64,000 nucleotides of DNA from Candidatus Latescibacterota bacterium (GTDB taxonomy: Bacteria > Latescibacterota > UBA2968 > UBA8231), in the NCBI GenBank assembly GCA_965219385.1, contig CBDCNM010000002.1, positions 530,639 through 594,638 on the forward strand, given 5' to 3'. Position numbers and translations under genes: made by a program. Position 1 is the first letter of the stretch. Every line of letters begins with the position of its first letter. The notes under the pieces are model-generated. The model searched no databases. It was not told where the DNA came from and saw nothing but the letters and a program-made list of their open reading frames with translations. Positions 28,247 through 35,780 of this stretch are shown piece after piece.

Positions 28247-31033
28247 CTATTTCAGCAGGATGATTTTGCGTACCAGGGCCTGCTCTCCGACGGTCAAGCG
28301 ATACAGATACATCCCCGAGGCCACCGACCGGCCCTGAGCGTCCCGGCCGTCCCACACCAGGGTGTGCCGCCCGGCCTCCAAAGAGTGCTCCTGCGCGATC
28401 GTACGCACGACCTGCCCTCTGAGATTGTAGAGGGCCAGCGAGACGATTCCGCGGGCCGGCAGGTGGAACTGAATCGTGGTGTGGGGGTTGAACGGGTTGG
28501 GCGCGGCCCGCGCCGTTAAGAAGGAGGACGACGAACTCGGCGTCACTTCGGCGGTGGCCGAGCCGGGCCCCTCGCCGGCCCTATTTTTGGCCCGCACACT
28601 GAACCGATAGCGCACCCCATTGCTCAGACTCCCCACCGTGTAACTGGTCGTCCCCGCGCTGCTGCCCGAAATCGCCGTCCAGCCCCGAAACCCGACCCAC
28701 ACCCCCTTCAACGGATAGTACCGATCCCCCCGATATTGCCACTCGGTCACCGAATCATCGTCCAGATCGTCCCACTCCAGCGCCGCCTGCCCGTTGCCCG
28801 AAGTCGCCCGCAGACCCGTCGGCTGATCCGGCAGCGGCGGATTGGGCGTCACTTCGGCGGTGGCCGAGCCGGGGCCCTCGCCGGCGCTATTTTTGGCCCG
28901 CACACTGAACCGATAGCGCACCCCATTGCTCAGGCTCCCCACCGTGTAACTGGTCGTCCCCGCGCTGCTGCCCGAAATCGCCGTCCAGCCCCGAAACCCG
29001 ACCCACACCCCCTTCGCCGGCTGGTAGCGATCCCCCCGATACTGCCACTGGGTCACGGTCGCGTCGTTCAAGGCATTCCAGCGCAACGACGCCTGCCCAT
29101 TGCCCGCCGTCGCCGTCAGACCCGTCGGCTGATCCGGCAGCGACGGATTGGGCGTCACTTCGGCGGTGGCCGAGCCGGGGCCCTCTCCGGCCCTATTTTT
29201 GGCCCGCACGCTGAACCGATAGCGCACCCCATTGCTCAGGCTCCCCACCGTGTAGCGGGTCGTCCCCGCGCTGCTGCCCGAAATCGCCGTCCAGTTCCGA
29301 AACCCGACCCACACCCCCTTCGCCGGATGGTAGCGCTCCCCCCGATACTGCCACTGGGTCACGGTCGCGTCGTTCAAGACATTCCAGCGCAACGACGCCT
29401 GCCCATTGCCCGCCGTCGCCCGCAGACCCGTCGGCTGAGCCGGCACGGCCACCACGTCCCGCAGGGTCACCGTCGCCCTCGCCGGCGTGCCCGCACTCAC
29501 CCCCGAAGGCAGCGATCCCAACCCCAGGCTCACCGTCTCATCGGCCCCGTCCTCGTCCACGTTGGCCGTAATCGTGAAGGTGCGAGTGGACTGGCCGCGG
29601 GTAAACGACAGCCGGCCCCCACTCAGCCCTCCCACCGTGTAATCGCCTCCCTCCGTACCCGAATCCGCCGTCACCCTAACCGGAATGCTCACCGTCCGGT
29701 CCGTCGCCGGCGACAAAACCACCCCCACCTCCACCGCCGCGCTCCCCTCCGTTGCCTGGTACGAGGAGGCACTATAGGCCACCGTCAGCAACACCGCCTC
29801 GGCGGTAGCCGAGCCGGGCCCCTCGCCGGCCCTATTCTTGGCCCGCACGCTGAACCGATAGCGCACCCCATTGCTCAGACTCCCCACCGTGTAGCGGGTC
29901 GTCCCCGCGCTGCTGCCCGAAATCGCCGTCCAGCCCCGGAACTCGGTCCACCCTCCCTGGTAGCGCTCCCCCCGATATTGCCACTGGGTCACGGTCGCGT
30001 CGTTCAAGGCATTCCAGCGCAGCGTCACCCGGCCGTTGCCCGAAGTCGCCCGCAGACCCGTCGGCCGAGCCGGCAGCGGCGGATTGGGCGTCACCTCGGC
30101 GGTAGCCGAGCCGGGCCCCTCGCCGGCCCTATTCTTGGCCCGCACGCTGAACCGATAGCGCACCCCATTGCTCAGACTCCCCACCGTGTAGCGGGTCGTC
30201 CCCGCGCTGCTGCCCGAAATCGCCGTCCAGTTCCGAAACCCGACCCACACTCCCTTCGCCGGCTGGTAGCGCTCCCCCCGATACTGCCACTGGGTCACGG
30301 TCGCGTCGTTCAAGGCATTCCAGCGCAACGACGCCTGCCCATTGCCCGAAGTCGCCCGCAGACCCGTCGGCTGAGCCGGCACGGCCACCACGTCCCGCAA
30401 GGTCACCGTCGCCCCCGCCGGCGTGCCCGCACTCACCCCCGAAGGCAGGGTGCCCAACCCCAGACTCACTGTCTCATCGGCCCCATCCCCATCCTCGTTG
30501 GCCCTGATCGTGAAGGTGCGGGTGGACTGGCCACTGGTAAACGACAGCCGGCCCCCACTCAGCCCCCCCACCGTGTAATCGCCTCCCTCCGTACCCGAAG
30601 CCGCCGTCACCCTAACCGGAATGCTCACCGCCCGGTCCGCTGCCGGCGACAAAACCACCTCCACCTCCACCGCCGCGCCCCCTTGCCACGCCTCGTAGCT
30701 CGATGCACTGTAGGCCACCGTCAGCAACACCGCCTCAGCCGCGTTCGACGCCTCGCTCAGCCCGGCCGGATTCTCAGCCCGCACGAAAAACCGATACCGC
30801 ACCCCGTTAGTCAGGCTCCCCACCGTGTAGCGGGTCGTCCCGGCCGTACTGCCCGAAATTGCCGTCCAGTCCCGGAACCCGGTCCACCTCCCCTTCGCCG
30901 GATGGTACTGCTCTCCCCGATACTGCCACTCGGTCACCGAATCATCCTCCGGATCGTCCCATTCCAACAACACCTGCCCAGCCCCCGCCGTCGCCCGCAG
31001 AACCGGCGGATCCGGCACGTCCAACAGGGTCAC
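28247..31033 (-). CDS. C-terminal segment: 6 FN3 repeats, 2 Calx-beta-like repeats and FlgD-Ig/T9SS type A-like sorting domain
   Basis: PNPFNPHTTIQF...LYNLRGQVVRT...VWDGRDAQGRSVASGMYLYRL...KIILLK; LSNGVRYRFSVRAKN repeats. Confidence 0.8.
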   Translation of the reverse strand: MTLLDVPDPPVLRATAGAGQVLLEWDDPEDDSVTEWQYRGEQYHPAKGRWTGFRDWTAISGSTAGTTRYTVGSLTNGVRYRFFVRAENPAGLSEASNAAEAVLLTVAYSASSYEAWQGGAAVEVEVVLSPAADRAVSIPVRVTAASGTEGGDYTVGGLSGGRLSFTSGQSTRTFTIRANEDGDGADETVSLGLGTLPSGVSAGTPAGATVTLRDVVAVPAQPTGLRATSGNGQASLRWNALNDATVTQWQYRGERYQPAKGVWVGFRNWTAISGSSAGTTRYTVGSLSNGVRYRFSVRAKNRAGEGPGSATAEVTPNPPLPARPTGLRATSGNGRVTLRWNALNDATVTQWQYRGERYQGGWTEFRGWTAISGSSAGTTRYTVGSLSNGVRYRFSVRAKNRAGEGPGSATAEAVLLTVAYSASSYQATEGSAAVEVGVVLSPATDRTVSIPVRVTADSGTEGGDYTVGGLSGGRLSFTRGQSTRTFTITANVDEDGADETVSLGLGSLPSGVSAGTPARATVTLRDVVAVPAQPTGLRATAGNGQASLRWNVLNDATVTQWQYRGERYHPAKGVWVGFRNWTAISGSSAGTTRYTVGSLSNGVRYRFSVRAKNRAGEGPGSATAEVTPNPSLPDQPTGLTATAGNGQASLRWNALNDATVTQWQYRGDRYQPAKGVWVGFRGWTAISGSSAGTTSYTVGSLSNGVRYRFSVRAKNSAGEGPGSATAEVTPNPPLPDQPTGLRATSGNGQAALEWDDLDDDSVTEWQYRGDRYYPLKGVWVGFRGWTAISGSSAGTTSYTVGSLSNGVRYRFSVRAKNRAGEGPGSATAEVTPSSSSSFLTARAAPNPFNPHTTIQFHLPARGIVSLALYNLRGQVVRTIAQEHSLEAGRHTLVWDGRDAQGRSVASGMYLYRLTVGEQALVRKIILLK

Positions 31034-34000
31034 TGTTGCACTCGCCGGCGTGCCCGCGCACTCACCCCTTCCGGCAGCGGCCCCAACCCCAGGCTCACCG
31101 TCTCATCGGCCCTGTCCTCGTCCACATTGGCCGTGATCGTGAAGCTCTGGGTGGACTCGCCGGGGGTAAACGACACCGTCCCCCCACTCAGCAGCCCCTC
31201 CACCGTGTAATCGCTCGCCTCCGTGCCCGCATCCGCTGTCACTGTGATCGGAATACTCACTGCCCGGTCCGTTGCCGGCGACAAAACCACCTCCACCTCC
31301 ACCGCCGCGCCCCCTTGCCACGCCTCATACTTCGACGCCCTATAGGCCACCGTCAAGAGCGCCAACGCCGGCAACTGCACCTCCACCCGCGCGACCCGGC
31401 CGACCCTGTCCAGGGCGTGGGCCCGCACGCTGAACCGATAGCGCACCCCATTGCTCAGCCCTGTCACCGTATGGCTCGTCGTCTCCGCCGAACTGTTGTC
31501 TATCGCCGTCCAGTCTCGAAACCCGGTCCACACCCCCTTCTTGGGATGGTACTGCTCTCCCCGATACTGCCACTCGGTCACCGAATCATCCTCCGGATCG
31601 TCCCACTCCAGCAACACCTGCTCATTGCCCGCCGTCGCCGTCAGATTCTGGGGCGGATCCGGCACATCCAGCAGGATCACCGTCGCACTCGCCGGCGTGC
31701 CCGCACTCACCCCTTCCGGCAGCTCCTCCAACTCCAACCCCAGACTCACCGTCTCATCGTCCCTGTCCTCGTCCACATGGGCCGTGAGCGTGAAGGTCCG
31801 GATGGACTCGCCACTGGCGAACGACACCGCGCCCCCACTCAGCCCCCCCACCGTGTAATCGCTCTCCTCCGTACCCGCCTCCGCCGTCACCGTGAGCGGA
31901 ATGCTCACCGTCCGGTCCGTTGCCGGCGACAGGACCACCCCCACCTCCACCGCCGCGCCGCCCTTCGTTGCCTCGTAGCTCGACGCACTGTAGGCCACCG
32001 TCAACAACACCGCCTCGTCCGACGCCTCGCTCGGCCCGGCCGGGTTGTAGGCCCGCACGCTGAACCGATAGCGCACCCCATTGCTCAGCCCTGTCACCGT
32101 ATGGCTCGTCGTCGTCGAATCACTGTCCGCAATCCCCATCCAGTCCTGAAACCCGGTCCACACATCCTTCGTCGGATAGTACCGATCCCCCCGATACTGC
32201 CACTCGGTCACCGTCGTATCGTGCAGCGCGTCCCAGCGCAGCGTCACCTGCCCCGCACCCGCCGTCGCCCGCAGATTCTGGGGCGGATCCGGCACATCCA
32301 GCAGGGTCACCGTCGCACTCGCCAGCGTACCCGCACGCACCCCCTCCGGCAGGGTGCCCAACCCCAGGCTCACCGTCTCATCGTCCCTGTCCTCGTCCAC
32401 ATTGGCCGTGAGCGTGAAGGTCTGGGTGGACTCGCCGGGGGTAAACGACACCGTGCCCCCACTCAGCCCCCCCACCGTGTAATCGCTCTCCTCCGTGCCC
32501 GCATCCGCTGTCACTGTGATCGGAATACTCACTGCCCGGTCCGTTGCCGGCGACAAAACCACCTCCACCGACACCGCCGCGCCCCCTTGCCACGCCTCAT
32601 ACTTCGACGCCCTATAGGCCACCGTCAATACCACCACCTCCGGCAACTGCACCTCCCGCAGGGTCACCGTTGCACTCGCCGGCGTGCCCGCACTCACTCC
32701 TTCCGGCAGCGCCCCCAACCCCAGACTCACCGTCTCATCGTCTCTGTCCTCGTCCTCGTTGGCCGTGATCGTGAAGGTCTGGGTGGACTGGCCGGGGATA
32801 AAGACACCGTGTAAGCGCCCGCCTCTGTACCCGGACTCAGCCCCCCCACCGTGTAAGCGCTCGCCTCCGTGCCCGCATCCGCCGTCACCCTAACCGGAAT
32901 ACTCACCGCCCGGTCCGTCGGCGGCGACAAAACCACCCCCACCTCCACCGCTGCGCCGCCCTCCGTTGCCTCGTAGCTTGACGCACTGTAGGCCACCGTC
33001 AATACCACCTCCGGCAATTGCGCGTCCCGCAGGGTCACCGTCGCACTCGCCGGCGTGCCCGCACTCACTCCTTCCGGCAGCGGCCCCAACTCCAGACTCA
33101 CCGTCTCATCGTCTCTGTCCTCGTCCTCGTTGGCCGTGATCGTGAAGGTCTGGGTGGACTGGCCGGGGATAAACGACACCGTGTAAGCGCCCGCCTCCGT
33201 ACCCGGACTCAGCCCCCCCACCGTGTAAGCGCTCGCCTCCGTGCCCGCATCCGCCGTCACCCTAACCGGAAGGCTCACCGCCCGGTCCGTCGGCGGCGAC
33301 AAAACCACCCCCACCTCCACCGCCGCGCCGCCTTGCCACGCCTCGTAGCTCGACGCACTATAGGCCACCGTCAGCAACACCGCCTCGGCCTCGTTCGACT
33401 CCTCGCTCGGCCCGGCCGGATTCTCAGCCCGCACAAAAAACCGATAGCGCACCCCGTTGGTCAGATTCGGCACCGTGTAGCTGGTCGTCTCCGCGGTGCT
33501 GCCCGGAATCGTCGTCCAGGGGCGAAACCCGACCCACACCCCCTTCGCCGGATGGTACCGATCCCCCCGATACTGCCACTCGGTCACCGAATCATCCTCC
33601 GGATCGTCCCACTCCAGCAACACCTGCTCATTGCCCGCCGTCGCCCGCAGAACCGGCGTCGGCGGCACGTCCCGCAGGGTCACCGTCGCCCTCGCTGGCG
33701 TGCCCGCACGCACCCCCTCCGGCAGCTCCTCCAACTCCAGGCTCACCGTCTCATCGTCCTCGTCCTCGTCCACATTGGCCGTAATCGTGAAGGTCTGGAT
33801 GGACTGGCCGGGGGTAAACGACACCGTGTAAGCGCCCGCCTCCGTACCCGGACTCAGCCCCCCCACCGTGTAAGCGCTCGCCTCCGTGCCCGCATCCGCC
33901 GTCACCCTAACCGGAAGGCTCACCGCTTGGTCCGTCGGCGGCGACAAAACCACCCCCACCTCCACCGCTGCGCCGCCTTGCCACGCCTCGTAGCTTGACG

Positions 34001-35780
34001 CACTGTAGGCCACCGTCAATACCACCTCCGGCAATTGCGCGTCCCGCAGGGTCACCGTCGCACTCGCCGGCGTGCCCGCACGCACCCCCTCCGGCAGCTC
34101 CTCCAACTCCAGGCTCACCGTCTCATCGTCCTCGTCCTCGTCCACGTTGGCCGTGATCGTGAAGGTCTGGGTGGACTGGCCAAGGGTAAACGACACCGTG
34201 TAATCGCCCGCTGCCCCCGCACTCAGCCCCTCCACCGTGTAATCGCCCGCCTCCGTGCCCGAATCCGCCGTCACCCTAACCGGAAGGCTCACCGCCCGGT
34301 CCGTCGGCGGCGACAAAACCACCCCCACCTCCACCGCTGCGCCGCCTTGCCACGCCTCGTAGCTTGACGCACTGTAGGCCACCGTCAATACCACCTCCGG
34401 CAATTGCGCGTCCCGCAGGGTCACCGTCGCACTCGCCGGCGTGCCCGCACGCACCCCCTCCGGCAGCTCCTCCAACTCCAACCCCAGACTTACCGTCTCA
34501 TCGTCCTCGTCCTCGTCCACGTTGGCCGTGATCGTGAAGGTCTGGGTGGACTGGCCAAGGGTAAACGACACCGTGTAATCGCCCGCTGCCCCCGCACTCA
34601 GCCCCTCCACCGTGTAATCGCCCGCCTCCGTGCCCGAATCCGCCGTCACCCTAACCGGAAGGCTCACCGCCCGGTCCGTCGGCGGCGACAAAACCACCCC
34701 CACCTCCACCGCTGCGCCGCCTTGCCACGCCTCGTAGCTTGACGCACTGTAGGCCACCGTCAGCAACACCGCCTCGGCCGGGGCCGACGCCTCGCTCGGC
34801 CCGGCCGGATTCTCAGCCCGCACGAAAAACCGATAGCGCACCCCCGGGCTCAGGTCCAGCACCGTGTAGCTGGTCGTCCGGGCCGGGCTGTTGTCCATCA
34901 CCGTCCAGCCCCGAAACTCGGTCCACACCCTCTGCGTGGGATGATACTGCTCCCCCCGATACTGCCACTGGGTCACCGAATCATCCTCCAGATCGTCCCA
35001 CTCCAGCAACACCTGCTCATTGCCCGCCGTCGCCCGCAGATTCTGGGGCTGCGGCACCTCCCGCAGGGTCACCGTCGCACTCGCCGGCATACCTGCACTC
35101 ACCCCCGAAGGCAGGGTGCCCAACCCCAGACTTACCGTCTCATCGTCCTCGTCCTCGTCCACGTTGGCCGTAATCGTGAAGGTCTGGATGGACTCGTCTC
35201 TGGCGAACGACACCGTGTAAGCGCCCGCCTCCGTACCCTGACTCAGCCCCCCCACCGTGTAAGCGCTCTCCTCTGTGCCCGCATCCGCCGTCACCGTGAG
35301 CGGAATGCTCACCGCCCGGTCCGTTGCCGGCGACAAAACCACCCCCACCGACACCGCTGCGCCCCCTTGCCACACTTCGTAGCTCGATGCACTGTAGGCC
35401 ACCGTCAATACCACCTCCGGCAATTGCGCGTCCCGCAGGGTCACCGTCGCCCCCGCCGGCGTACCCGCACGCACCCCCGAAGGCAGCGTCCCCAACCCCA
35501 GGCTCACCGTCTCATCGTCCTCGTCCTCGTCCACATTGGCCCTGAGCGTGAAGGTCTGGGTGGACTGGCCAAGGGTAAACGACACCGTGTAATCGCCCGC
35601 TGCCCCCGCACTCAGCCCCTCCACCGTGTAATCGCCCGCCTCCGTGCCCGAATCCGCCGTCACCGTCACCGGCAACGGCACCGCCCGGGTCGCCTGGGCC
35701 GACAAGGCCACCCCCACCGACACCGCCGCACCCCCTTCCCGCGCCTCGTAGCTCGAGGCCCCATAGGCCACCTGCGGCTG
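28540..35780 (-). repeat. Mosaic tandem array of two coding repeat units (~270-300-bp FN3 x10; ~340-370-bp Calx-beta-like x12)
   Basis: Near-identical DNA blocks such as gaaccgatagcgcaccccattgctcag and ctcaccgtctcatcgtcc recur throughout; counts are from the translations. Confidence 0.9.
31030..32730 (-). CDS. Middle segment: Calx-beta-like and FN3 repeats (frameshift fragment)
   Basis: Same repeat units as the flanking ORFs; begins and ends mid-repeat. Confidence 0.65.
   Translation of the reverse strand: MSLGLGALPEGVSAGTPASATVTLREVQLPEVVVLTVAYRASKYEAWQGGAAVSVEVVLSPATDRAVSIPITVTADAGTEESDYTVGGLSGGTVSFTPGESTQTFTLTANVDEDRDDETVSLGLGTLPEGVRAGTLASATVTLLDVPDPPQNLRATAGAGQVTLRWDALHDTTVTEWQYRGDRYYPTKDVWTGFQDWMGIADSDSTTTSHTVTGLSNGVRYRFSVRAYNPAGPSEASDEAVLLTVAYSASSYEATKGGAAVEVGVVLSPATDRTVSIPLTVTAEAGTEESDYTVGGLSGGAVSFASGESIRTFTLTAHVDEDRDDETVSLGLELEELPEGVSAGTPASATVILLDVPDPPQNLTATAGNEQVLLEWDDPEDDSVTEWQYRGEQYHPKKGVWTGFRDWTAIDNSSAETTSHTVTGLSNGVRYRFSVRAHALDRVGRVARVEVQLPALALLTVAYRASKYEAWQGGAAVEVEVVLSPATDRAVSIPITVTADAGTEASDYTVEGLLSGGTVSFTPGESTQSFTITANVDEDRADETVSLGLGPLPEGVSARARRRVQQ

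Noticed and set aside
28540..35780. Possible CRISPR-like or non-coding repeat array
   Set aside because: Units are 270-370 bp, preserve frame and encode FN3/Calx-beta-like domains; no short repeat-spacer pattern and no cas genes
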